A stretch of 64,000 nt of DNA from Octopus vulgaris (GCA_951406725.2 OX597816.1:145328001-145392000), one strand, 5' to 3'. Shown: positions 41,535-54,549, counted from the first letter of the stretch. Numbers and translations: made by a program. Notes: generated by a model not told the origin, from the sequence alone.

Positions 41535-41697
41535 AATCCATTGCCGTTCATCTTTACCTCGTATTTCACCGACGTTCACTTTGCTATTTATCCTTTCGAG
41601 GTTGATAAAATGAGTATCAGTTGATGACTAGGGTTCATATAATCGACTCAGCCCTTTCTCTGAAATTGCTGACCTTTTGCCAAAATCTGAACCAATA
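41535..41697 (+). mobile_element. Degenerate SINE (second family)
   Basis: Similar to 22320-22472. Confidence 0.6.
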
Positions 41698-42019
41698 TTA
41701 CCCCATGGGGAACAATTCTTCCTTTGCTTTCAGTTCTTCCACTCTCCACCTCAAAATACGTTGACTACGTATTTTAAGCACCTTCCTATTAATGAGTCAA
41801 CCTATTGCCAATATATAACTAGCGCTAAAGAGACTTTGGGCTTCCAGCTTGCATTTTTGAAGAGTTGTCACTATTTATTAATGGTAATATTCTCTGCGAA
41901 ACCGACAGTAACATTTGTAGCCAGTTACATGTGATAATCAGCGCCATATTAGTTTCGATGTCGTATATTAAAAGCCGTGTTTCCAGTTTCGTGAAATATT
42001 ATAACCCTTAAGGAAGTAA

Positions 42020-42800
42020 GTTAAATCATAAGAAAGTGTTGTTTGATATGGAACTAGCCACAAACAACTATCTCAAGTGTTTGATAGGTTTTGTGCCTTT
42101 TTGTTTATATAATAAATTTTCATGTGTGGTTCGCGTGTCTCTGTTTCATGTTTTCTCCGATATATTTGCTATACCGTATTTATGTTTGTATTCTTCAACA
42201 GCTCTGCCCATTTGTTTATTAGAATATCCGTTGTCAATTAATGTTTGTTTAATTCTATGTATTTCCTTCTCTAATGCATTGTTTATGGGCGAAAATATAA
42301 ATGGTCTTCTGAGGAGTGATTTTAGACGTATATGTATTCAAAGTCTCAATCTCAGCATGTGTGTTTGCTTGACTCTTCTTGATTGACGGTTACTTTGTAT
42401 GTGAAATTCTAGTACAGATTTGGTTTTTAAACTTTCCTTTAATCCCTCATCTTCTTTAGAGTATCCCTTGCAACTAGTAAATCGTCTATGTTGCTGGGGT
42501 ATATCATGTGTTTATACTCTGGTATTATTCTGTTAGGTAGAATGCAAAATACAAGTTCTATAGAGAATCCATGTCGACTACATCAGTTTGTTTCTAAAAC
42601 TTGGCTTGTTTATAGCAAAAACGTACTTCACTTGTGCATATCGTAAGGGATATTTTTCAAACGGTTTGCTGGAATCGTGGGTGGTTTTATATCAAAGTAT
42701 TTATATACGAAATTTATGATTTCTATCATTTCTACCACAGGTACATTCGTGAACAAACGTTTTATATCTAACGTGGATACGGTACTTGCTACATGATCTA
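42020..42800 (-). mobile_element. Decayed Penelope/Poseidon-type RT fragment
   Basis: STLDIKRLFTNVPVVEMIEII (motif A, compare SLDVESLFTNVPV), IYPSNIDDLLV (motif C), EIHRIKQTLIDNGYSN (thumb). Confidence 0.8.
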
Positions 42801-42850
42801 TTCCACAGCATTACACCACAAACTACAAAAAAAGAAGTTCAATAGAAAAA

Positions 42851-43215
42851 TATTGTGTTGAGTCAAAAATTTTGCAATATTTGGTAATTGTTTGCTTTTT
42901 TCAAGTTATAACAAAAGCAGCCTAGATTTCAAATTAGAGGCCATCGTGTTGCGCTGTTTGAAGCCACCTTTTTGTCAGATTTTTTATCCCAGTTCTTGTC
43001 CTTAGTGGCAAAGAACTCCTTCACTGAAGCTTCCAACACCTCTTGGATGATGAATCAAATTTTGAACGATACATAGTTTTTATCTGTTTACGTGTGTGTG
43101 TCAGATGGAGCATCATGAGTGCAGGAAGTGAGCCATGGATCGGAACAATAATAACTCGGAAGAGGTCCGTTTGGATTATATGCTGTGTGTGTATCCAGTC
43201 CAACTCTTGATAAGA
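42851..43215 (-). mobile_element. Mariner 3' end with TIR
   Basis: HTAYNP...PSYY/FRSMAHFL (compare HPPYSPDLAPSDYYLFRSM), EASVKEFFATKDKNW, RWLQTAQHDGL; TIR-like TATTGTGTTGAGTCAAAA at 42851. Confidence 0.75.
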
Positions 43216-43383
43216 AAACTGTAAATGCACAAAAGCGTCGGACATGGATATAGGAAATTTACTAATCCAAAGCATCTGTAAAAACTAATAAGAATACAGA
43301 AAATGCGAAATAAAAACGAAATGACTTGAACGCACTTACGTAATCAATGAAACATGTATAAAAAAGATACTCTTCATATATGC

Positions 43384-43415
<32 letters not shown>

Positions 43416-44399
43416 ACATTTCCCATTAATGCTAAGATTAAATACATTTAATGTGTACATTATTTCATATGTACCACTGCAAGTAGAATGGAAAGCATGA
43501 ATGGACACATTTTAATGCATTATTACCTGCGTATAGTTTCTTAACAGGAATTATACATTTCGCCTATTTTCAAAAAAGAAAAAAAAAAAAAAACACTTGT
43601 ATATTTCCCTCGTTGAGAGATTTTATTTACCATCTTAATTCAAGCCTGGATTTTCAGCTGAATTGATTTACAAATTGGATTCTTTAACATTGTAGAAAAA
43701 ACTCTAAGGAGATAACTCAAATTTTAAATGATCATCTTGTGAAAATTTCTATAAATTTGCTATCCAATATGTTTTAAGGTCGTGAATGTGCATCGTGTAT
43801 TTATGTTTTTGTGTATCGTGACGCACAGTATAAAACCCAATGGCTACAAAATTATCTTCTCTACTACGAGAACTCTGGTTCGATCTGAGTCTGTTGCATG
43901 AAAACAAGTATCTGTTTCCTTATTATTCTTATGGCTTTTCTATCTGTAAAATAAAATAATTATTACTAAAATGTTAGCTTTATTTCAGCCATATGTCATA
44001 AAATACTTTCTTCAACAATGAAAATAATTTATACGATCATAACTAAAAATGAATTGAATAAATGCTGAAATAAATAGTATTGCCGACGCCAGTAGTACAA
44101 AAAAAACTGCAATCTGTTAAAAACTACGTATTCTCCTTACATTATATTTAAAACATAATCTTAGATGCGTGTTAGTGCAATCCTATCACTTATACAGGTT
44201 GCACCAGGCAATCGAGAAGAAAACAAAACACTTAAACAAAAACACCAAACAAGGAACCGGCATATTCGCCACGAAAAAGATACGACACACACAACTAAAT
44301 ATTTCAATAAACACACTATTGAACAGAAACGTGCTCGCTCTAAGGAACTATACCAGCTTTGCACAGTAAGGAAAGCGACTGAATTGAAGGCTCACACTG

Positions 44400-44980
44400 G
44401 CTACTATCTAACCTCTCATAACAGTCATACCAGCTGATGCCAACGTATTTTGTAGTCCTGAGTCAGCAGATAGTTCCATCTGAAGATATATGGAACAGTC
44501 TATGTCATTCAAATTATAATGTTAAGAGGTATCATGATCTTAGTATTACATGCCAATACAGTTCTTACGAAACTGTCTTCTCTTATTCAATGGGAATTGT
44601 ATGCGATATTCTTGCGCGTCACATTTCTTTACTCTTTCTTATTCTACAATGTCCATCATTCATCCACTGAGGTTGCTAGTGATGATCCCCAAAGCTTCAT
44701 AGATGACCACGTTCATTTTGACACTTCTGATAGATGAGTAATTATGTGTCTTGGTCGTAGGTAATCTGTTTCTGTTAAGGGCCTCCAACTTTTACGAAGA
44801 ACTCGTAGTACAGGACACAGTCAAGAAGCTGGAAATTTTCGAGCCTTATGTTTTGCAGTCAGAAATACAAGTACGACTTGCGTTTCCAGTTTCTGTATCA
44901 AGGTAAAGTCTGCCATGTCGATTTGTTTGTATATGTTTCAGAGATAAATTGGCACCTGCCGCGGAACATTACATCAAGTC
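44400..44980 (-). mobile_element. Possible decayed mariner N-terminal region
   Basis: Weak translated similarity (IYEALGII...VKKCDA...RKNC) to the mariner HTH/WVPH region. Confidence 0.35.
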
Positions 44981-45629
44981 GTCTTCCATTTCTGTCCCGC
45001 TAAACTTCTATTTCAAACTTTCGGCACTCTGTGTATAAAGCGATAAAAATTTGTGAAATGAAATCCACCTGACCAAATGTCACATCTTAATTAGAGAGCT
45101 TGCTCAACATGCTTCCATGGGTCTTATTTGAATGGTTTTCATAGAAATCTTAATTCCAAAGTCTGTGATGTTAGTTTCGAAAGATATCAAAATCTATAGA
45201 AGAGAACGGAAGAATTATGCACAAACCACTGGCAACATCGCTATCAGCACAACTGCATAACATCTTATAATCTCTATATGAAACAGTTCTGACAGAATTA
45301 ATCATTTTCCTAATTTCTCTAAGATAAAATTTCGTTATGAGATTACGGTAAAACGACTAATATGATGTTAAAATTTATTCGAAATGTCGCTGAAGACTAA
45401 AAGATTATATGAAGATATATCATATTACGTATTGAACAAGAATTACCCGTCTCTGTATATTTGCCATAGAACTGCTAGAAGATGCAATATACATACTCAC
45501 AAAAATAATAAGATAACTTAAGGAATACGGATGGATAACAAAAGTAGAGGAATATATCAACAAGCTGCACCATAAATTCACACGTTTACTTGGTATCATA
45601 TGTTAAAGATTAATAAGTTTACATCACAA

Positions 45630-45722
45630 TGATATCCAACGATATGTTTATGTTCAATGAGATCTAACGATATAAATTTATATTCACTAATGTGATCCAA
45701 CGATATAAATTAATGTTCAACG
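45630..45722 (+). repeat. Three degenerate ~30 bp tandem units
   Basis: ATCCAACGATAT...TATGTTCA repeated. Confidence 0.75.
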
Positions 45723-48384
45723 TTTCTACATTGCAAAATCTTGAAGGAAAAATACCTACAAAGACTGAACTTAAGCAATTCGTTGAAAATCTTATTTATG
45801 GATAAGAACAATGTTACGTAGTTACCATTATTCAGGAGTTTGCATTTAATTCACGATCTATACATTAGGGGAGGTAAAAACCATAAATACGTTATCCCCG
45901 TAAAGAAATCCTTTTCAAGGTCTCAAATTATTTTACTCAGGATATGGAATAAATAATAAGATTTTAACTATAATGAAGCCTGGTTGAATGCATCAAGAAA
46001 TTTTGTTCTCACTCTGCTTAGAATTTGCATAATATGAGACATCAAGAAGAAAATTTATAATTGGGGATTTGGAGATACGAATTCATCTAAACTCGATGAC
46101 AGTCGAAAGGAGTTCTTTGCCACTAAGGACTATGAAAGATGAAGATTAAGGTGAAATGAAATGTAGTGATGAACCTAACTATGTTGATTTGTTACTTAGA
46201 AAACTTGCAACAAATAGATTGGTTATTACTTGATATTGTTGCATTTATTAGTAAGAGGAATAGTTAATGAAATGCCCTCATTGAATTTGTTGACAAGAGC
46301 TTACCGGTTGCTGTGCTGGCATCATACTTGTGTTACGCACACATCCTGCTTTTCAGCTATAAATGAGTATTAGAATGCTACATATGTTAGTAATGTGTAA
46401 AAATTCGTAAAACAAGATTGCATTGTGCAGTAGAGAATGTATAAAATCGGAGAATATAAATATATAAAAAAACTGGTAATTTACGATGCAATGTACCTCG
46501 TAACACGCGCACATACGTTACAAATCTACACATACAAAATAAGACAAAATGGATACCATAACATAGATACATACACATAGATATGCTCCACACGTATTTA
46601 CATATATTACATATAGTGCCGAAAAATAATTACTATAGAGACAGTCACATGTAGACAAATACGCAGACGTTTGAATCGATGATTGAATCATTATTTGAAC
46701 AGCTGTTGAGAAGAAGTATGAGATTTCGTCGACAACCGGTGATTGGAAAACACTTAATGTGACTATATTATTGTTATTACATTTAAATGGAAAATCTCAA
46801 ATACTCACTGCAAATAGCTATTCGTATTTGACAAGTTAGAGTTTACATTGAATACATAATCATCACATCAATATTATGTTGGTTACTTTGCATCGAGAAA
46901 AGTTTTACTGCATTGTCATTTTTGGCCATTACCATTATTCAATATATTACACACTGAGAACTGAAAAACAAACTAATATGTCGAATTAACACGCACAGAA
47001 TAACTCGATCATTAGCGAATTGTAATATCATTATAGTAAACACAGATATCAGCAAACGATTTTTCTTGATGACATACATATACTTGGATTATTGGGGAAA
47101 TGGAATGGCGAAGTGGATATTGGGGATTCTTCTTAACCTGTGAAATTTTCACGTACAATCGGTCACTGATACTGTTTCTACTATCTTGTGTCTTACGCAA
47201 AGTCGTGCGTAATGAATTGAATTCTACAATTTACATAAAAGTAAAGATATGACAAAGGTTAATGGTTTTAATGAGTGCATTGACTCCCAGTTTACAAGTG
47301 ATATGACATTTTGAATCCGTTCTTCAGTACTACTGAAAAGTTCTTTAAGTGTGTACTAAACCACAGATGCTGACAAAACCCACACATTCCTGTAAGGCTA
47401 GAATGGTTAGAATACAAATGAAATTGTTGATAAAATAATATAATTATATGATTTCTTGCGGAAAACAGACAGACTGCACACGAAGATATACATTCACAAA
47501 ATGCAGATACAATCGCAGCCGTAGGTTGGCATCGCACGAACTTTAAGGAGAGTAAATACTACCAGGGAGAACTACACACAAATATTAATAGTTATTGTCG
47601 AAGTACACATGTAAGAACAAATTGATAGGAAAAGAAACGAAAATAAATTAATATTTCTTCATTAAATCAGCAATAACCTACTAGACATTTATATAGAAAA
47701 CGTACCGATATTCAATTTTGTAACATTAGTAAAGTTTTCATCTGCTTTGATTAGGAGTAAGATTTCAATTTTCTTTCTTCTAATGTTGTTTACACTGGCT
47801 GTCAATATATGATTAAAGTGACACGAATAATAATATGTTGCAATACGATTACTCAAAAGAATTAAAATCCATTCGAGTACCGATATAATAGGAACTAGTA
47901 GGGTACATATTTAATTTTTTTGTTCATATAACCAGGATTTGAAAATATTCAAGAAGTTATAAACGAGATTGTGGAATAAAGATTCAGAAAAACTTTCATA
48001 TATGTTTATGCATATAAGTTTTCCTTTAATATAAATATATTCAATTTAAACAAGAGACGACGTAAATGGATATTTCGTTTCATTCGTATGTTTTCTTTTA
48101 TCATTTCCCAAAAGAAAGATCAGCAAATAAATAACAAAACCATATATTTAATTAAGAAATGCTAAATCCCATTTTTGAATACACACACACACACACACAC
48201 ACGCACACATACACACAATTGCGAATTAAATGTTCAGAATGTGTGCGAATTAAATGTTCAAAATGTGTGCTGCCATATTTCTAAGGAAGGGAGCTGAGGG
48301 AAAGAAAGCATTCAACTAAGCAAATATCGAGTGTTAACTACACACAGGGAAGATAAATCGAATAAGCCACACTCATATCTCTTC

Positions 48385-48802
48385 TACTGTTTACTCTTTT
48401 ACTTGTTTCAGTCATTTGACTGCGGCCATTCTGGAGCACCACCTTTAGTCGAGCAAATTGACCCCAGGACTTATTGTTTGTAAGCCTAGTACTTATTCTA
48501 TCGGTCTCTTTTGCCGAACCGCTATGTTACGGGGGGGGCTATAGTAGAAGACATTTGCCCAAGGTGCCACACAGTGGGACTGAACTGGGAACCATGTGGT
48601 TGGTAAGCAAGCTACATACCACAGAGCCACTCGTGCACATATATATGTGTTGGTATGTGGTAAGTAGTTTGCTTACCAAACACATGGACCTGGTTCAAGT
48701 CCCAATGTGTGACACCTTGGGCAAGCGTCTTCCACTATAGCCTCGGTCCGACCAAATTTTGTGAGTGGGTTTGGTAGACGGAAACTGAAAGAAGACTTTC
48801 GT
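48385..48802. mobile_element. SINE cluster: minus-strand tail and head (48385-48633) and plus-strand head (48650-48802), head to head
   Basis: Homology to 8874-9305 in both orientations. Confidence 0.8.
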
Positions 48803-48823
48803 ATACATACACACACGCACACA

Positions 48824-48926
<103 letters not shown>

Positions 48927-48951
48927 GCATATATATATATATATATGTATA

Positions 48952-48994
<43 letters not shown>

Positions 48995-48996
<2 letters not shown>

Positions 48997-49200
48997 GAGA
49001 ATTCACAAAAAAAGAAAAACAGAAGGCGAAGACGGGTGGCGTAGACGGGTGGCGTAGACATCAAACAGATGTATTAGTATAACGCTCGGGAAGTGAAAAA
49101 GTCTATAACTTTTCGAGTCTACGCTTTTCCACAGAAAGGAGCACAGAAAGAAACAAGAAAATAAAGAATATGTAGTGCCTAGCGATCTATCATGGCGAAT
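48995..49200 (-). mobile_element. PLE 3' end, family C (decayed HHR-like motif at 49102-49138)
   Basis: Reverse complement of 13740-13932. Confidence 0.65.
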
Positions 49201-49203
49201 GAT

Positions 49204-49234
<31 letters not shown>

Positions 49235-49381
49235 ATGTAGATTCAGATGAATATGGTACTTAAGTTGAGGCACCAGAATTTAGTATGGTATTATCCATAC
49301 AATTTCAAAATAAGGTGATTAAAATCAAAATAAGCAATATTATATCTGCATTACCTCTGGATATCCTTGTTGCTTATTTTG

Positions 49382-49436
<55 letters not shown>

Positions 49437-49556
49437 CATATATATTTGTATATATATATATATATATATGTATCTCTTTCCCTTCTCTCTCTCTATATAT
49501 ATATATACATGAGTATATAAGTATGTATGTGCGAGTGTGTATATATATATATATAT

Positions 49557-49946
49557 ACCGCAACGACTGGCCTCCGTGCTGAGGGCACGTAACAAAAACC
49601 ATCCGAGCGTGGCCGTCCGCCAGCCCCGTCTGGCACCTGTGTCGGTGACACATAAGAAAACACCATCCGAGCGTGGCCGTCAGCCAGCCTCGTCTGGCAC
49701 CTGTGTCGGTGGCACATAAAAAACACCATCCGAGCGTGGCCGTCTGCCAGCCTCGTCTGGCACCTGTGTCGGTGGCACATAAAATCACCCACTACACTCT
49801 CGGAGTGGTTGGCGTTAGGAAGGGCATCCAGCTGTAGAAACACTGCCAGATCTGACTGGCCTGGTGCAGCCTTCGGGCTTGCCAGACCCCAGTTGAACCG
49901 TCCAACCTATGCTAGCATGGAAAGCGGACGTTAAACGATGATGATG

Positions 49947-49947
<1 letters not shown>
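49557..49947 (+). mobile_element. RTE-type LINE/SINE 3' UTR with ~57 bp subrepeats and (GAT)n tail
   Basis: Nearly identical to 55850-56248. Confidence 0.75.
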
Positions 49948-50037
<90 letters not shown>

Positions 50038-50137
50038 TGCAAATGTTTAAATGTGTGTTTATGCACACACACATATATATATATACTCATATATGTATGT
50101 ATATCGAGAGGACAGAGAGGGAGAGATAGATAGATAG

Positions 50138-50174
<37 letters not shown>

Positions 50175-50819
50175 CCGGAAGAGGGAGATAGAAAGAAAGA
50201 ACGAAAGAAATTAGGGGTGATGCAAAAAGTTCATCCCAAAAATGTAAAGCAATATAAGAAAAATAAAAGTAAATGTTAAGAAATTTCGCAATAAACTTGT
50301 TTAAATTTCCCAAGAGGAAATTAAGAAATTAGTATTCTCAGATTTGTTATATTGTTGAAAGATAATCCAGTTATGTAAAGACGCAACACATCTCTATTCT
50401 AAATCAGGATAAATACTTCCTTATCAGAACTTGATGTGATTCAGAAAATCATGTTCATAAAATCCCGCATATGTACCACACATACCCATGCGCGTGCGCA
50501 TATGCAGTTCCCACCCCACACGAACCTACACACACACACGCTAACACACACAAAACTGTATGCGCAAAGGAAGCCTTAATCTCCCTATTTGTGACTGCAA
50601 ATGTTGTTTATTATATATATAGCATGCGTTTACATATGTGCATATATATATACTGCCTCGGTTCTCGCGGTTAAAATATAATGTTTGCTGGATAGACCAC
50701 GTGGGTGGAATGGGGAGTGCAGAATTTTACGCCTGCGCATTTTGAATTTGTTGACACTGTTAGTTGGAGTGGTTCATCTGAAGCGACAAGTCGCTGATAG
50801 GTAAAGTTCCTTCTTTTTA

Positions 50820-51097
50820 GTGTTTCCAAATCCAAATTAAGAAATTTTGAGCTGACGAAAGAAATGCTGATTTTATTTGGCTAATCTTGAAACGTTGACG
50901 TACTCAAACGATCTATGTACTTGTGATATTTTTCTGTATTTACCCCCAAACCTTCGTGAGCTGTCTAGAGTAAACATTATCTGAGAGAAATTTTCTTTAA
51001 GTAGTAGAAATGCTAAGAAAATTTTTTTTGGCTGCTATTTCTACTAAGTTCAGTATGTGGCAAAGTAATTTATTTTACTAAGCCCTAATTATATAAT
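50820..51097 (+). mobile_element. PLE 3' end carrying the HHR
   Basis: Shares 50968-51097 with 2861-2990; ends at (TA)n. Confidence 0.7.
50846..50908 (+). ncRNA. Intact type I hammerhead ribozyme motif
   Basis: tttgag-CTGACGA-aaga...tctt-GAAA-cgt tg acg-TA-ctcaaa; all core nucleotides and three stems are present. Confidence 0.85.
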
Positions 51098-51100
51098 GTA

Positions 51101-51138
<38 letters not shown>

Positions 51139-51188
51139 ATATATGCATGTATAAGTATGTGTATATGTGAGTGTGTGTGTATATCGGA

Positions 51189-51491
51189 GACCCCCTTCGG
51201 TCACGCATGACCATGGGATTGTACCTAGAAAGTTACCCTCCGAGGCACAAATCCGGGCAATGTTGTTTATGGAAGACCAGCAGTTGCCCGCCTTCTCTCC
51301 ACACCACCAGTGTTATCCAAGGGAAAGGCAAAGGCCGATACAGTTTGGCACCTGTGACGTCGCAACTCATTTCTACAGCTGAGTAAACTGGAGAAACGTG
51401 AAATAAAGTGTCTTGCTCAAGAACAGAACAGACAGCCTGGTCCGGGATTCGAACCCACAACCTCTAGATCCACTGTGCCACGCACCTTCAC
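51189..51491 (-). mobile_element. tRNA-derived SINE (third family)
   Basis: Minus strand reads GTGAAGGTGCGTGGCACAGTGG...GGGTTCGAATCCCGG B-box...TTCTTGAGCAAGACACTTTATTTCAC. Confidence 0.8.
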
Positions 51492-51528
51492 TATATATAT
51501 GCATATATATATATACATATATATATTC

Positions 51529-51563
51529 TGAGGCAGGGTCTTGCACATACATTGCACAGACAT

Positions 51564-51600
<37 letters not shown>

Positions 51601-51968
51601 ATATACAATGTCTGTGCAAGACCCTGCCTCAGTAAAGCTGGACTCAAGAGTCATCTTCGTAGTCATAAAGCGTGACAGATGAGAGACAACCTGGCCACCG
51701 GTGGTGGTGGTGTAACACACCATACTAATCATATCTGTCGAGCATGTGGAAGAGAGTGTAATTCGGTAGGAGGACTTAAACGACATGCAAAGGTACATGA
51801 AGCCCAGTTACAACTACAGCCGGTTATAACCGGTAAAGGTATTAGTAGCCAATTCTGTACAAGACATTGTAGATCTTTAGCTGGGCTAAAATGTCACATT
51901 CGATCACAGCACCAGTAACAGTTAAGCTTCGTGCAATGGCCATACTCGATAACGAAGGGGCAGCCATA
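51529..51968 (+). mobile_element. RTE-like LINE 3' end encoding C2H2 zinc fingers, with a short 5' inversion
   Basis: NVCARPCLSKAGLKSHLRSH, CRACGRECNSVGGLKRHAKVH, SQFCTRHCRSLAGLKCHIRSQH; RTE-like tail ACTCGATAACGAAGGGGCAGCCAT; 51529-51554 is the inverse of 51607-51631. Confidence 0.7.
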
Positions 51969-52110
51969 ATATATATCTATTGGCTTGCTCGCTTAGCCAG
52001 CGGGGTGGCGTCATTTGAAGGCTAAAACAATGCGTAGCGCATTGTGACCAGCGATTTGTAGCAACATCTGATAGCCTGGCCGGACACGGTGATCATGGTG
52101 ATATATATAC

Positions 52111-52140
52111 ACTAGCAGTTTAGCCCGGTGTTGCTCTGGA
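52111..52140 (-). mobile_element. Helitron-like 3' terminus
   Basis: Minus strand TCCAGAGCAACACCGGGCTAAACTGCTAG|T: imperfect hairpin followed by CTAG-T. Confidence 0.55.
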
Positions 52141-52410
52141 TTAAGTTAGGATTATTTAGCTAATGAAGCGTTTTGTGTCAAACCAAACTATCTTACACCG
52201 ACGTCAAATTTGAGCGCAATTCATTGAAATTGGTAAATATTTGTCTGAAATTGGGTTGCAGACAAGTTGATTGGGAAATCCTATAAGGAATCTGTTTATT
52301 GATTTTTCACCCCAAATAGGGCTTAACCGAATACAACATTGCTGATTCAAAAAATCTATATTTATACTTTAAAGTTGGTTTTCACACCCAACCCAGTTCT
52401 GCAGAATCAG

Positions 52411-52882
52411 TGTCACGACGGGAACGCATGTGTTGAGAGTTTGACCGGCAGTGTTGATCAGGTTGCACATGCCGGCCCTTTCGAAAGTCCACAATCTAAC
52501 CCCTCTTGGCCCCTAGGTTGGGAACCCTTCCGACAAGGAAAATAGAATGTCCAAAAGGGCTCCAAATCCTCTGTCAGAAGAAGTTATGTTCGGATGGCAA
52601 CTAAGCCTTAACCTAAGCCTAAGCTAACCTAGCGAAAGGGAGCCCGGGAGCCTCTAAAAGGCAGCGACTAATCCCTATCTTGTTCTAACCCTTCCTAAGT
52701 GTACTATCGGTCAAGGCTGCATCAAAGATCTGCATGGGAGAAGGTTGCATGAATGGTTTGCACTGGATAAGGATGCATCGAAGGTTTGCATTGGAGATCT
52801 GCAGTGAAGAAGGTTGATTCGAAGGTTTGCATTTGGGATCCGGTTTGGAGTAACTTAGGAAGACTTACCAAAAACCTTAACA
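52411..52882. mobile_element. Possible solo LTR
   Basis: GC-richer block bounded by TGTCACG...TTAACA with internal ~26 bp tandem units (GAAGGTTTGCATTGG); no TSD found. Confidence 0.3.
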
Positions 52883-53269
52883 AAAAATAAATTGTTGTTA
52901 TGATGCGTGTACTCTTTATCCCATCTGATTTGTTGTTTTGAGTGAAAACGTGCCGTTTGAGGTGTTCCACTCATTGGATGATAAGTTTGTTTTTGAGGGG
53001 AGGATTAAAGCAGTGATTTATTTCTGGTATCATTATATCAACTAAGATTTTATGGCAGGAGATAAGTGTCAGCGAGGGCTATCCTTTGTTTTGAGTCACA
53101 GAGTTGTCAATGATCCATCAGCTGTTAAGGTACACGTTCGGTAAATTCCGTAAAGATATTTTATTTGTTTTTTGAACTGGAAATGCACATTTCGTTTGAT
53201 GTCAGCATAAACTCAAAAGGAGAGAAAATGACAGGGTCGTGTGTGTATGTTGATGGTGGGGTGAGAGAT

Positions 53270-53272
53270 AGG

Positions 53273-53313
<41 letters not shown>

Positions 53314-53980
53314 GTGTGCATTGACGTGTGTGTATGAGGGAGAGGAAAGTGACAGCGTACATTTTAAAATTTATTTTTCCTCGCATCTTTTTTAAAAGAT
53401 GCGAGAAAAAGTAAATAAGTAAAATTAACGCTATCTCTCTCTCTCTCTCTCTCTTTGTCTCACACACACAGTAACAAATTTTCTCTCTCTTTTTCCGACA
53501 ACACACACATTTCTCTCTCTCTCTCTCTCTCTCTCAGTCAATCACTCACACAGTCAAAAAGGATGCGAGGAAAAATAAATTTTAAGAATATACGCTGTTA
53601 CTCTTTCCTTCACACACACAAACACGCACGCACACACAGCTTACATTTAAAAAAATTTATTTCTCCTCGCAAAATTTTTGAGTGAGTGTGTGAGTGATTG
53701 ACTGAGAGAGAGAGAGAGAGGTGTGTGTTGTCAGAAAGAGAGAGAGAGAGATAGAGAGAGGGAAAGTGTGTATTGTTGTGTGTGAGATAGCATAAATTTT
53801 ATTTATTTACTTTTTCTCGCATCTTTTTTAGTGTGTTTTGAGGGATCGAGAGAAAGAGACGGACGTTACACTACCACACTCTCTCTCAGTCATTCACTCA
53901 TCCAAAAAAGATGAAAGGAAAAATAAGTTTAAGAAATGTACGCTCTCTCTCTCTCACTCTCTCTCTCCCTCACACACACA
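53270..53980. repeat. Serial inverted repeats of a CT/CA-rich unit
   Basis: TTTATTTTTCCTCGCATCTTTT / AAAAGATGCGAGAAAAA recur in alternating orientation at 53370, 53394, 53557, 53655, 53806 and 53905. Confidence 0.7.
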
Positions 53981-53989
53981 ATACTGTTC

Positions 53990-54153
53990 GCCATTGCAAG
54001 CAGTACAACGTGTTGTTTCCAAATTTCTGGCGGATTTTCTCACAGATGGTACACAACTGTGCCTGAGCCTACAATACAGTATAGTCGACAAAATCAAAAA
54101 CAATGCACATGCGCGAAATTCAAAATATAAAATCGTGACATTTTACCTATCGC

Positions 54154-54158
<5 letters not shown>
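53990..54158 (-). mobile_element. Tc1/mariner-like terminal fragment
   Basis: Minus strand TA-GGGTGCGATAGGTAAAATGTCACGATTTT resembles (C)AGGGTG-type TIRs. Confidence 0.45.
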
Positions 54159-54204
<46 letters not shown>

Positions 54205-54236
54205 TTTATTTTAAGCAGCAGAAATTTCAACAAAAT

Positions 54237-54274
54237 CTGTTACTCTGAGTTTCTCGTTGCCGTTCATCAGACAG
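54237..54274 (-). ncRNA. Type I HHR motif
   Basis: Exact reverse complement of 54291-54328. Confidence 0.85.
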
Positions 54275-54290
54275 TTTTTGCTAGAAAAAA

Positions 54291-54328
54291 CTGTCTGATG
54301 AACGGCAACGAGAAACTCAGAGTAACAG
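54291..54328 (+). ncRNA. Type I HHR motif
   Basis: ctgt-CTGATGA-a cg gcaa cg a-GAAA-ctc a gag-TA-acag; GNRA-capped stem II; quasi-palindromic stem III. Confidence 0.85.
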
Positions 54329-54430
54329 ATTTTGTTGAGTTTTCTGCTGCTTAAAATAAAGCATATTACTCTACCACTGGTATTTGAGTACTCTTTTGTC
54401 CACCTTGTTTCACATTTATGTGTTTACTCC

Positions 54431-54520
<90 letters not shown>

Positions 54521-54549
54521 TGTGTGTGTGGAGGCGCAATGGTCTCAGA

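Larger units (their letters stand above)
54204..54432. mobile_element. Minimal fold-back PLE-derived element in (TA)n
   Basis: Arms 54204-54279 and 54286-54361 are near-perfect; 70 nt right extension; HHR in each arm. Confidence 0.9.
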
